DNA of 63,995 nt, counting the filler, from Collodictyon triciliatum (lineage: Eukaryota), in the NCBI GenBank assembly GCA_043381765.1. It is 31 parts of 31 records of this genome, joined end to end, with 100 filler letters (N's around TTAATTAATTAA, not from the genome) between each part and the next. Parts side by side here need not be neighbours in the genome. Positions count along the whole stretch, not along the records: positions 36,774 to 38,675 come from JBHJMP010009966.1; positions 38,776 to 40,665 come from JBHJMP010009967.1; positions 40,766 to 42,655 come from JBHJMP010009968.1; positions 42,756 to 44,639 come from JBHJMP010009969.1; positions 44,740 to 46,627 come from JBHJMP010009970.1; positions 46,728 to 50,087 come from JBHJMP010009971.1; positions 50,188 to 52,075 come from JBHJMP010009972.1; 24 more parts are not named here. One strand, 5' to 3'. Of this stretch, positions 38,410 through 50,764 are shown piece after piece. The translations under genes were made by a program, and so were the position numbers. The first letter of the stretch is position 1. Every line of letters starts with the position of its first letter. Below the pieces are notes generated by a model. It made no database searches, was not told where the DNA came from, and saw nothing but the letters and a program-made list of their open reading frames with translations.

Positions 38410-40582
38410 GCCATAAATCAAGGATTATATATATCACTGGGTGGGATGGTTTGTGTTTGTATCATATATGATTTTTCTCTTTTTCTCTTTTTCTTTTTTT
38501 TCTCTTTTTTTCTTTTTTTCTTTTTTTCTTTTTTCTTTTTCCTTTTTTCCTTTTTTTCCTTTTTTTCCTTTTTTTCCTTTTTTTCTTTTTTTCTTTTTTC
38601 TTTTCTTTTTTTCTTTTCTTTTTTTCTTTTCTTTTTTTCTTTTCTTTTTTTTCTTTTTTTTCTTTTTTTTTCTTTNNNNNNNNNNNNNNNNNNNNNNNNN
38701 NNNNNNNNNNNNNNNNNNNTTAATTAATTAANNNNNNNNNNNNNNNNNNNNNNNNNNNNNNNNNNNNNNNNNNNNAAACAAAAAACAAAAAACAAAAAAC
38801 AAAAAACAAAAAACAAAAAACAAAAAACAAAAAACAAAAAACAAAAAACAAAAAACAAAAAACAAAAACAAAAATCAAAAAACAAAAACAAAAACAAAAA
38901 CAAAAACAAAAGAAGAAAAAATAAGAGAAAGAAAAAATAAAGACACATGCTTCACAACTTCAAACCCGAGCACGATTTTATCTGTTCGTGAGTGTTTTTT
39001 TTTTATTTCGTTATGCTGTGTTTCTGGCAAGAGAATTATCATCCATAGCCAGTTTCATCACGATTGTCGCCCTTATGAAAATAAACCTGGCTGTTTCCGT
39101 GTTTTATACAGAGAAATTAATAAAGCCCACCTGCCTGAAATACCACAAAAGAAAAGGGTAGAAAAACTTGTCGAGGGTTGCGATGTTGGCGATGCCCTAT
39201 GGAAAGGAAGAGACGATAGGCCGAAGTGCACAAACAAAAAATCCTTGGCGGCGAAACTCTGCGCGAAGTCATTTGATTGTGTGCACGATGGTTGGATTAT
39301 TTTGATTGCAGTCGCTATGTCGCAACGAAAAGACAGTAACTGAGACTTGAGTTCACCTGCTCGTCAATCCAGCAGTTTTTTTTCGGGCCACGCTCCAACA
39401 TAAGCGGGGATTATCGACAGGATGCAACTTTTTTTTTTATCCATTATTGGGGGAACGTAGAGGAAGCTTTATTCTCCGCAGCCACAGAATTGTTTCTCGA
39501 AGAGTGATTTCAAAGCTGAATATATCACCGCTTGTGTTACAGTATTTCAACAGAAATGTGCGCTTGTTAGATATCGGCGATGGTTTACGTGTAGCACAAA
39601 TATTTTTAAATTAAGATACATTCATGACAACAATTTAGTTAAAGAGAAAATTTTTTGATACTCTTTGATAACAACTGTTCAGCTTTTTTTTTCATTTTGT
39701 GTCACATGCTACCCTCGACTACAAAACCATAATGCAGCGCATGCAGAAATTATGCAATCCATAATCCTTTTGATTCTTGCGTGAGCAAATTATATGTATT
39801 GATTTCTTTTCGCGCTGAGTATTGTTGTAAAACAAAGCTGAGAAATACGCTTTCATACGCCGAACAGGATTTGAGCTGTGGACGAGGCGCTAAAAATGCC
39901 GCATTGTGTGGTTTATGGATTTTTTTTTATTACAAGCGCACATAAGAGCAGAGATTGGTAAGACAGCGAAATGTGTGATGAAATAGAAAGGTTGGAAAGC
40001 TTTTCATAAGCAGACTTATTCTACCCAAGAGGCTGCGCTGCAAGGCGATTTCGGGGTGTATTCGAGACTGATATAAGACCAGATAAAGTTGGCGGGTCCC
40101 GAAAGCACACGCACAGATATTTTTTCTCAAATCAATTCCAAGTTTTTCTCTCAACATCATAGCCGCACTGATGGATACATCCTCGAATCCTCTCCACGAT
40201 AAACGAGTCAGTCTTATTTGCAATGCTTTTGGTTGCGCACAAAGGAACCAGACGTAGTTTACATACCAAAATTATATATTATTTGTGGAGTATATATGAA
40301 ATGAATCCAAAATACATTTAAGCGCATATTTGGCTCATATTAACGCAACGCCATGAAAAATATTTGGAGAGATATCAATGGGACGCAATCCTTTTGCCAA
40401 TCACAGGCATCATCAGTCAACCTGTTGACATGTGCCTCGGATGACTGATTTCGTGGAGAAGATCGTTGCGTTAAACTCATTCGTTTTTCATTTATTATTT
40501 CTAACTTATTGAACATACATGATCGCAACGCCTACTCTAGTGTCTTGTTATACCCACTCTAGTGCTGTTCAGAAAAAGAGCC

Positions 40583-40665
40583 ATGTTGAAGAACGATCTC
40601 GATGCAAAGGCCACGTCCGCGTTGCTGAATGGGGTCTCGCAAAGGCTTTTCTTCAATAACCAGGA
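40583..40665 (+). CDS. COMM-domain protein 1-like N-terminus (truncated by contig end)
   Basis: MLKNDLDAKATSALLNGVSQRLFFNN resembles COMMD1 KxLxGLLNxxAQxxF/Y. Confidence 0.5.
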
Positions 40666-41043
40666 NNNNNNNNNNNNNNNNNNNNNNNNNNNNNNNNNNN
40701 NNNNNNNNNTTAATTAATTAANNNNNNNNNNNNNNNNNNNNNNNNNNNNNNNNNNNNNNNNNNNNAAGGAAAAGGAAAAGGAAAAGGAAAAGGAAAAGGA
40801 AAAGGAAAAGGAAAAGGAAAAGGAAAAGGAAAAGGAAAAGGAAAAGGAAAAGGAAAAGGAAAAGCGAAAGGAAAAGGAAAAGGAAAAGGAAAAGGAAAAG
40901 GAAAATCAGAAGAGTGTTTGGCCGAGTTGCCCAGCGGAGAATAGCCAGGAAAAATAGCCGATACAGAGGAAGCCAGTTCCAGGCTATGCACGAAACATGC
41001 ATCTTCGGGTCAAGAACAAACTCTGCTTTGCATCCCAACATTC

Positions 41044-42590
41044 TCAAAGTAAATCATCAGTGGTTGTAGTCATTGTCGAGCGGGCCGAGTTTAAGCTGCT
41101 GCTGTTGGTTTTTGACCGAGGCAACTTCTTAATCGTCAGAAGAAGCGACAAAATGCTAAAATAAACAATTTTTGCTTTGTAAGAGGGGCTATCGGAAAGT
41201 CGATTTTGTCCTCGTCAGAAAAATACATGCAATAGAAAAGAGAAAACAGAGATAAACATAACTGCATAGTATAGAATGCCTCAGTTGAATAGTATTAGGG
41301 TTAGGCATATTATTTCAATAAAAAAAAAAGTTTAACTATATCATCAAACAAATACATATATTGAAGGCATGCAATATTACCTGAAAAGCTCAGATATCAA
41401 AAAGGTGCTGAAAAGCAAAGTAAAGTTTGCGTAGTAGAAATCGGGCGCTAGTGTGCTCACAAGACTAATCGACCCTGTGACAAAGAAGAATGTGCTTCCA
41501 GTGGCAACCAGCCTGACAATCTGCGTGATAAAAAATAATGATTTTATTTTCATATATCCTTCCATATTTTTTTAAATAGGTGCCAAACCATCACCTTTAA
41601 TTAATAATATATGAATACATTTACATTCATCGATGCGTGTGTATGAAAATTTCCCACCTTCTCCATTTGTTCGGACTTTCCACTTCGCACTTGGCCCATT
41701 ACCTTGTACACTCGCCTGCCAACGACTAGAAACTGGAGTCCAAATGTCATTCTACAAAAAAATAGTCTTAATAAGTTGGAATAGATAGCAACCACCACCG
41801 TGTCTCGTCAATCAATCAACATGTTTTTATTTATTACCCAAAGGCCACAGCGATTCCTATTCCATAAGCAGCAATATCATGTCGGTCGTACTTGCTCGGA
41901 TATTCCGATAGTATCCAAGATATGACCAGAATACCAGTGACAAAAGAAACAGATGCGATGAAGTATTTAAGAGAGGCTCCAAGAAATGATGTATCTGATG
42001 TACTTGTCAGTAGAGCATCAACCCTAAATTAAAATAAAAGAGCATTGAGATAAGGGTTGATTTGTGGCACGTTATCATAAGATTTTTTCCCTCATTAAAC
42101 GTGGTATGTACTCACCAAACAAAGACCATCAGCGAGAATGTCATGAAGCAAATAAGAAGTGGTAATGACAAAAGAACTGTGACAAAGAAGGATGGAGCAT
42201 CGCCAATTTTGTCGACGGCACCCAAGTACAAGTATGCTACGCGAACTAGATACATATAATGAACAAGTCATCCGATTGTAAAGGAACCCCATTCATCGTG
42301 ATTATTGGGAAATAGACCAATCTCATGAAAAAGGATAGGGAAAACTATCGTAACCAACTTAAAATACAAACCTATCAATAAAGTTAAACCCAAAAAATGC
42401 GATATTTCTGGAGTAGGATTTTTTCGATAGCTTTTGCGCGGTGATGCGTTGATTAGCACGTATGATCGAAACGAAACGTATATAAACGCTGCTGTGTATG
42501 CTGCTGCGAATACAGAATACATCGCCTGATACCCAGAGACCCACGACTTTCCACAATCTTTCTTCTTAGGTACTGGGCTAAAGTACACAC
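41044..42590 (-). CDS. Multi-pass membrane protein, TOM1/THH1/GPR137-like 7TM
   Basis: Several TM helices across GT-AG exons; FLVVGRRVYKVM...KIVRLVATGSTFFF pattern; Ser/Thr-rich tail. Confidence 0.55.
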
Positions 42591-43112
42591 TGAAGTCCGT
42601 CTGCAGCAAATATAATGTTAAAAAAATACACAAGTTTATCAAATTTTATTAATTTNNNNNNNNNNNNNNNNNNNNNNNNNNNNNNNNNNNNNNNNNNNNT
42701 TAATTAATTAANNNNNNNNNNNNNNNNNNNNNNNNNNNNNNNNNNNNNNNNNNNNTTTTCCCTTCTCCAAAAAAAAAAAAAAGAAAAGAAAAAGAAAAGA
42801 AAAAGAAAAGAAAAAGAAAAGAAAAAGAGAAGAAAAAGAAAAGAAAAAGAAAAAGAAAAAATAAAAATCCTTATCTCTTTTAGCTGCACACTTTCACATC
42901 ATGAATAGAAATATACAGATATATCGAAACAAATCAGCACATTTTAAAGTCGAGAAAACACATATCAATACAACATATAATTCCCTTCATATGCTATCTT
43001 GAAGATATATATTTTAATGTGATAAAGTTGAATGTTTCCATGAGATGATTAGCTGAGGTAAATTCAACATGTTTTTTTAAAATTTTTTTTGGAATGTTTA
43101 TGGTCATTACAG

Positions 43113-44158
43113 GGGACAAAGGAATTATTTTTTCTGATGTTGTTGTCAAGGTAAACAAACGGAATAAAATGCAAGAGAGAATCCTGTTGATTACAGAGCA
43201 AGCTTTGTATAACATTGACCCCAGTAATTACAAGTCCAAAAGAAGAATTTCAATAGGTATTATCACGATTTCTTCAAACCATCAGATTCGAAATTCTTTT
43301 TTTTCCCATCAGATACAGATTGAATGAAATTCGTCTAAAGGGTGTTGATTCTTTCTTCTTCTTCTCTTCCTATTTAATTCGCAACAATTTAGTTCATATA
43401 AATGTTTTGCCATTTGCGTATTATATATTAAAAAAGTCTATTATAGAAATGTTAAATTACACAATCACAACAAATTCTTAAATGTGGAATGATATCGAAA
43501 TCCTTTGATATTTTAATGTTCCTTTATTTGATGCTTCAATATTTTCTAACAAAGCCACATAATGCAGCGGATGTTGGTTCCATCAGCATGAGTCAATTAC
43601 CAGACAACTTTTTTGCTCTGCATATACCCTTGGAATATGACTATTTGATGGTGAGTGGGAAGAAAGTCGATATTGTAACCAGGATTCGCGATGCCTACAA
43701 GTCCCTCAAAGGTGGATCTGAATTACCAGTTAATTTTTCAAACAGGTTCGGTCAATTTCTGCAATCTGGTACATTAACCCTTCTTCATACTCATACTAGA
43801 TTTTGTATATTGCAACTTATCGAGTAAGATGTCTACTACATTTTTCAGGATAGAATCAAATAGCAAGTATTTTTTTCTCGTGGTCGCTTGTAATGAATTT
43901 TGATTATTTTTTTAAAATATCTCTAGCTTCGAATATAAGATCGATACCGATATTCTCAGAGAAATCGTATTCACAAAAGTAGATGGTATCGTTATATTGT
44001 TGAATTTGTAGCTTATTGGAGAGCATGTGATATAAGTGTCTATGATGCTATCATTATCGTAATCGTTATCCATAGTCGCCCTCTTATCCAAAATATTTTT
44101 TTTTTTTACAGGTGGAATCAATACACAAATATTTACAAAACAAAAGCAGAAGAAATAA
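43113..44158 (+). CDS. Class I myosin tail homology 1 (TH1) domain, 3' exons
   Basis: IIFSDVVVKVNKRNKMQERILLITEQALY...RRISIADVGSISMSQLPDNFFALHIPLEYDYL. Confidence 0.88.
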
Positions 44159-44510
44159 GACTTTTGTACAGTCTTATTCTCTTGAAGAAAGCGCACGCAA
44201 ACATAAAGGTGACGAGGCATCGGCCCACTGAGAACACTTTCAAAAAAATAATCATTGTGACTGGAGAATACCATTTCTTTCTTTGATCAAGTGCAAGCAA
44301 AAGAAATATTCAATAGCTCAGCCGCACTAGCACCAGTCAGAAGGGAAAATGTGCGAAAAGAAAAATGAAAGAAAAACAAAAATGACGATATAATCGAATA
44401 ATTAGCGCTTTAAATCACTCAGTTTTTTGGGGTCTAAAAACGGCGTGTCCTTCTTTAGTAGCTGGTTTAAAAAATAATATCGAAAAAGGATGTATTAAAT
44501 CGACAATGTA

Positions 44511-44639
44511 TTTTTTCCCCCCTTATTCGATTCAAAGTGTAGCGAGGTTATGCCATACAAAGGGGCGGGATGGGAGCGCATGGGAGAGAGCAAACGCGAG
44601 TAGGGGAAGACACTACCGTGGAGAGGGTAGCACTGGAAA
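44511..44639 (-). mobile_element. Longest visible family B retroelement 3' end (runs off contig)
   Basis: Shares its terminal 32 bp with the TSD-flanked stubs; pyrimidine-rich on the element strand; ends GAATCGAATAAGGGGGG-A6. Confidence 0.7.
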
Positions 44640-44740
44640 NNNNNNNNNNNNNNNNNNNNNNNNNNNNNNNNNNNNNNNNNNNNTTAATTAATTAANNNNN
44701 NNNNNNNNNNNNNNNNNNNNNNNNNNNNNNNNNNNNNNNT

Positions 44741-44836
<96 letters not shown>

Positions 44837-44909
44837 TTAATTTGTCTTATTTTATCATTTTCTGTGAAATCCAAGGTATTAACTTAATATTCCTTTATGG
44901 TTATGACAG

Positions 44910-46505
44910 ACCGCTTGGATTATAATTGACCGTTGTACTTCTCGAAATTATGAACCGAGACACGGGAGAAATGTTACATTTAATTGGGAGAAGGTTGGTT
45001 TTATAATAATAAAAATCCAAAATTATACGTTTTAAAAAGCACTCATGACAATATTGTGTCATAGAAAAATAATTAATTTATCATTCATATGATTATACCC
45101 TCTCATAGATGGAAGGGCTTATTTTCCAGAAAGCAATCATGTCCCGTAACCTGATAAGGGTGCATAAACTAAACACGATTTCGGGCACGGACGAGAATAC
45201 AGATGGTGGCGAAAACCAAGTTTGTTGAATATTCATTCTATTTTGCTTCTTCTATTCGATGATGTTAATTAAATTTGGGCAAAAATCTGTTACACAAAGA
45301 AATGCTCTTTTGTAGTCAGTTTTTCTCAGTAATTTACTACAGAATGGTTTAACTAAATTCACTAACTTCTGAAATTCACAGCCAACAGCTACTACGGATA
45401 CAATAACTTCCTCTTTGCCGTAAGTTTGATTTCTTTCGGATAATGGTTTTTTTGGTTTTTTGGTTTTCTCTGTTAAGGTTTAATTACTGAGGTGTCCATT
45501 TTACTGATTTGTTAACATAAAAAAACAAGGGTTTTCAAATGTTCTGATGACATGGCGAGTCTCACGCCTTGGTCAAAGGTTCAAAAAAAAGTAGGCAACA
45601 AGGACATTAAACCAGGTGAAATTTGTCTTTCATTCTTTATTTTTTGGACTAATTATCATATAGCAACGCCGTGTATAAGCTAACGAAGTTGAGAATAGAT
45701 ATCTTTGAAAAGATTCTAAGAGACAGTGGAGTGAACAGTGGCGCAGATTGCTATGTTGTTTACAAGGTAAATTAACTTGAATTCAAGAGAGATACAAGAA
45801 AAGGGACATAAATTTGGGCTAATATTTACTTATTCATGTCAAACATAAACACCGCACGTATACAATATATAAAAAATAAGTGAGGAAATACTTAATCACG
45901 AATCAATAAAAGGAAACTTTGGTATATGCAAATTATATTGCTCTGACTGGAGGCAAACCTGAAAGGAAGGTGGATGACTACATATATAAGGTATATATTT
46001 ATAGACAACCCGACCGTATATCCCAAAATCATCCAATTATTATATTCATATCAACCATATTGGGAAACCCTTTAGGTTCTAAGAAGAAAAAAATATCACG
46101 AAGCCTTCGTCCATGTGTCCTTGTGTGAGTTGCATAGCTTCTCGAATAATTTGATGGAGAAAGTTCCAGCTGAAGACCTTATGCCTTCCATTTACAAGAA
46201 GAAGTTGGACGTAATGTTTCACTAAAAAAATTTAATTTTTTGTCATTTGCTAATATTTATATGTTACTAAATTTAAACCATAATGGCTCATCTCAAATTT
46301 GTTTACATTTTTTTTTTAGGAAGAAATGCCATTTACTTTTTACACTATAAAAAAAACTATTATATAGTCTTCCAGGAGTCACTCAGTCAGAGATTATCTA
46401 AGACCAATCAAAGTGAACGAGCTACAAGAGTTATGTAATAAACTCCACAATTTCATCAGAAACTATCTATTGGAGCCGACGTACAGTGATACTAGTTCGC
46501 TTAAG
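44910..46505 (+). CDS. Hypothetical multi-exon protein (internal fragment)
   Basis: Series of short GT-AG-bounded open exons; no recognised family. Confidence 0.4.
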
Positions 46506-46588
46506 GTAAATTTATGTTCCTACCATCGCCTCTCGTCTTGCTTTTTTGTTTCTTGTTTGTTTTTTTTTGTTTCTTTTTGTTTTTTTTT

Positions 46589-46627
<39 letters not shown>

Positions 46628-47070
46628 NNNNNNNNNNNNNNNNNNNNNNNNNNNNNNNNNNNNNNNNNNNNTTAATTAATTAANNNNNNNNNNNNNNNNN
46701 NNNNNNNNNNNNNNNNNNNNNNNNNNNATGAAAAATGAAAAATGAAAAATGAAAAATGAAAAATGAAAAATGAAAAATGAAAAATGAAAAATGAAAAATG
46801 AAAAATGAAAAATGAAAAATGAAAAATGAAAAATGAAAAATAAAATAATGAAAAATGAAAAAGTGAACGAAAAAGAAAATGAAAAAAAAGGAACGATTGG
46901 GGCTGATTTGGAATATTGGACTATCGGCTTGACTTACGGCTAATAAATAGATAAGCGGTTAAGTATACAACACATTCATATTATATCATTATGTTGCGTT
47001 GGTACCAAGATAAATCGTCCCTTTCCTCTGAAGTTGACGGGGCGACTATTTATTTTCCGGGTTTAGATTC

Positions 47071-47109
47071 TTCCAGAATGTTCCAGAAGATTTAATTAGG
47101 GCAGCCAAT
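47071..47109 (+). promoter_or_regulatory. Canonical heat-shock element TTCcaGAAtgTTCcaGAA followed by a CCAAT box (AGCCAATC)
   Basis: Four contiguous inverted nGAAn units at 47071-47088; CCAAT at 47105-47109. Confidence 0.55.
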
Positions 47110-47486
47110 CCCAAGAGCACAGCAAGGCCAGACTCCATCCCATTTTTCTTCAACGCGCAATTGTCATGGCTTTGAGCGCAGTGCGTTCGCCGACCGCCAC
47201 AAACAACAGAAGCAAACAATTAAGCTGGCAGTAGATTCTGATATGCAGTCAAAACAAGATTCCAGTCAACTTAACCCATCAACAACCCAGTATTTTGCGC
47301 TACGACCTTCCGCTACGCAGAAATATTTTAATTACGTCATTTTGTCAAGAAAAGAAGAGTGGGATGCAGCCTTGTAGTTGTGGGAAATGCAAGAAAGTTG
47401 AATTGCCTAGCAGAAGCTGCGACATTAAAAAGACTTTGCAAGTTGCAGCCAGTTCTTCTGGTTCCAACGCTGGTGCAGAAACCCCC

Positions 47487-48771
47487 GAGTTGCACGTAAG
47501 TCTAGGAAGACCCGTGCAAGGAAGCCGCCTGCAAGTCTGTCTGAGCGGACAGTATTTTTGTATGATGTCGAGCAAGTAATCTACAACAAGAACAAGGCCT
47601 GCAAGCTCACTGATGCGCTCGCCTCCTTGAAAGCGAACAAACTTTGGGAAGAGTCCTTCCAATTGCACTTACCGGACAGCGAAGGCCTTAGCCTGATCGC
47701 CTTCCGCACCGCAGAAAACGCCCGAAAGCTTCTGGAACTGAGGCAGGTAAGTTTGATCGATATTACGATCAGCTTCAGGGGAAGTAAACCAACATAGACT
47801 TCGGTGTTGCTCTACCAACTACCGCTGGACGTGTGGCCGCAACTCCTTCGTGAGGAGCCGAAGCCGTTCAGACCGACCCACGTGGACATCAAAAAAAGGA
47901 CAAAGGCTTCTTCACAGACACGGCCGTGGTGAAGCTTCTTTGTCACAATAATAAACTCCCTGCAAAGTTAACGGTCATGGGTAAAAAGTGTCCAAAGCGC
48001 ATCCTCAAAGAGCGTCCGCCAGCCGCGAACAACGAACGACAAGTAAAAGCTCCGCAAAAGAATACACATACACTTAGCAGATAAGCAGCAACGGGGTCAA
48101 GGAAGCCAAAACCAGGCAACAACAGAGCCCGCAAGACTCACAGCAGATACGCGCATACAGCGACAGCGACGATGAAATGGAAGGAAATATCGGTTCCTCT
48201 TCAGAATCCTCGCACTCGAGCCCTCCACCGCCAACACCGGACAAGCCCGTACATCGCAAGACCCAAGAGCAGCGCATCTCCAAACCCCGAAAGAAATCCC
48301 CCCTTAAACTAACCATTCAGACTGACGTGAATATGGTTAACATAGGAGGCCTCAAGGCAGTCTTCGTTACTTATCCGAATGGATAATCCACAGCGAAGGC
48401 AACACAAGAACCAGCGCCCACCAAAGATAGTCCGTTTACCCTGCCCCAGCCCGTCGCACCAAGAACCAAGGAGCAAGAGCAGACAGCACAAGTCGAATTC
48501 AAGCTTGGAACTTCACACACCAAATACAGCCCGAGCAAGCAGGAGCGTATGTCTCTAAAACCACAAACACGTAGACATAGTCTGGTTTATGCAAAGTCCA
48601 CTGCCGGCTACACATGATTCCGAAACCAGGGGACGGTCAAGCGCCACTTCCGATAATTCCAGACAAACAACGATGTATCGCTTTTTTTCTGAATCGCCCA
48701 GCAAGAAACGCAAGGAAAGTGATCCGTTGTCCCCTAAAAAGACTCATCCTGTGGAATGCAGTAGGATGTAA
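47487..48771 (+). mobile_element. Decayed LINE (L1/Tx1-like) ORF1-like coding region with low-complexity tail
   Basis: LIAFRTAENARKLLE...T*TSVLLYQLPLDV...GFFTDTAVVKL...LPAKLTVMG resembles the double-RRM pattern of ORF1; intronless; several stops and frameshifts. Confidence 0.6.
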
Positions 48772-50187
48772 AACCTTGTCTGGGATATTCGGTTGAAAGG
48801 GCTCGTCGGAATCGATTTGAGAAGTAACTGCCATGTGCGTACTTTCATCGACCCGACAACGTTATCCGCTCTTCTGTCAGTCTAGAATACAAGCAGAAAT
48901 CGCGTTGGAGCTGATTCACCTCGGGTAGAATAGTCTGCGTGTGAGAACACTTTCTCTCATTTCTATTTTCTTTTTCTTTCCACCCAAAACACAAAATCTC
49001 CAACCACACAATCCGGGGGTTTCCACTGTCTTGTTCACAGCTCATTTTTGTCCGAGAGGCGAAGGTGGTTTCCTCGGCTTTGTTTTCTGTTAATAAACGG
49101 TTGTAATGAAATCAGTAAATAGGTCTAACTATTAAAATGACATAAACATCAATACTTAAATATCAAATAATACTTTGCGATGACTATTTTCTCCTCAACT
49201 AAAAATCCATGTTTGAGGTTCTCACTTAGAGGCAATCAAGACATAGGCCAAAGTTGACTGTGAAAGAATGACATATTTGAAGGTGATTCTGCAAGCCAGC
49301 AACCAAAGTTCATTTGTGGCCATGGGACCCTGACAAGCGCCTCCACGGTGGCAATAACGGGAATGAAATGCACCATTAGAAAATGTCGATACAGGGGGCG
49401 GGGAAGAAGAGGATATTTAGTAGGCTGCTTTGGTATTTTCGGCTCGTCGAGGTTATTCTGTTCTCATGCAATTTATCGCTCCTTTGGGAGACGAGAAAGA
49501 CGATGCGAATGAGCGGTGTGCGCTTAGCGTCGGGACGTATATAAATCGAAGATAAAGAAAAAGGAGCTTTATTACCGACCGCACGATGACTAAAGCAGAC
49601 TCTGACATCGGCTTTCCTTTTTGCCATACGCGAACCAAGTTTAATGGAAAAGAAATTATTTTTAATCTATATTTGTGACCTCGCCTTGTGAGAATAGAGA
49701 TAACTCGACAGGCTAAAAATAAATGTACAGGAAGAAAGGACTGATATGAATATTAGATAGAACAAAAGAAGGAAAAAGACGACCATCGAGGTTATTGGGT
49801 GCCTAGGGGCGTTCGCGCAGACGGCTGGGAGCAAAAAGCGCAGTGCCGGGTGGGTGCATACTATGTGCTCGTCAGTATGTGTTTTCTAAAATTAGTTAAT
49901 GCCTGTAAGTTATCAAGAGCCGATTTTATCAAACCGTATTTTTCGCCTGCACCCAAAAAAAAACAACAATAAAACAATAAAACAAAAAAACAAAAAACAA
50001 TAAAACAATAAAACAATAAAACAATAAAACAATAAAACAATAAAACAATAAAACAATAAAACAATAAAACAATAAAACAATAAAACANNNNNNNNNNNNN
50101 NNNNNNNNNNNNNNNNNNNNNNNNNNNNNNNTTAATTAATTAANNNNNNNNNNNNNNNNNNNNNNNNNNNNNNNNNNNNNNNNNNNN

Positions 50188-50288
50188 ACCGGCTGTTTCG
50201 CGCAGGTTTTGAGCGAAGGGACATTGCACAAATGTGTGCTCAATGGATTCATCACCGTTGCTGCAAAGTGTGCATTGTTGGGAGACTC
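50188..50288 (-). mobile_element. LINE family A fragment (zf-RVT region, 5'-truncation junction)
   Basis: Near-identical to 3741-3838 and about 14512-14611. Confidence 0.88.
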
Positions 50289-50764
50289 AGAGTACTTTAT
50301 ATATAAACACAGTGCGAAGTGCTGCTTTCGTGATACTCTCGGAGGTGTTAGAATTTTGGCTTGGATTGTCTTAATTTCTTGTTTTGTTTTTATTTATTTC
50401 CACACGGCAACGTATCAGGAAGATTCCCCATAAGTGAGGGGACATGTAAAGGCTGTCAATTTTTATTTATTTATTTTGTTAAAAAAAAATTAATTGCAAA
50501 CTTATGATAAATGGCGAGCTTTTCCTGATGTAGATATTTTACTTCTAATAAGACATTATAAAAATATATTAAGCATACGTGTCGGAAGGAACCCATTTTT
50601 TTTAAAATGCGAATATGAGATTTACTTTGCAGAGCGGCCAGCTAATTGTGATTATATGTGATTGTAGTTACTTATATATATATATATATTTAAGTATGCA
50701 TGATTTGTGGTTACGAACACATGATGAATAGTGCGTAATTTCATAATGTCGAATGCGTACATTT

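Noticed and set aside
49795-49956. MITE with TTGGGTGC...GCACCCAA terminal inverted repeats
   Set aside because: Only 8-bp matches, single copy in the window, no clear TSD
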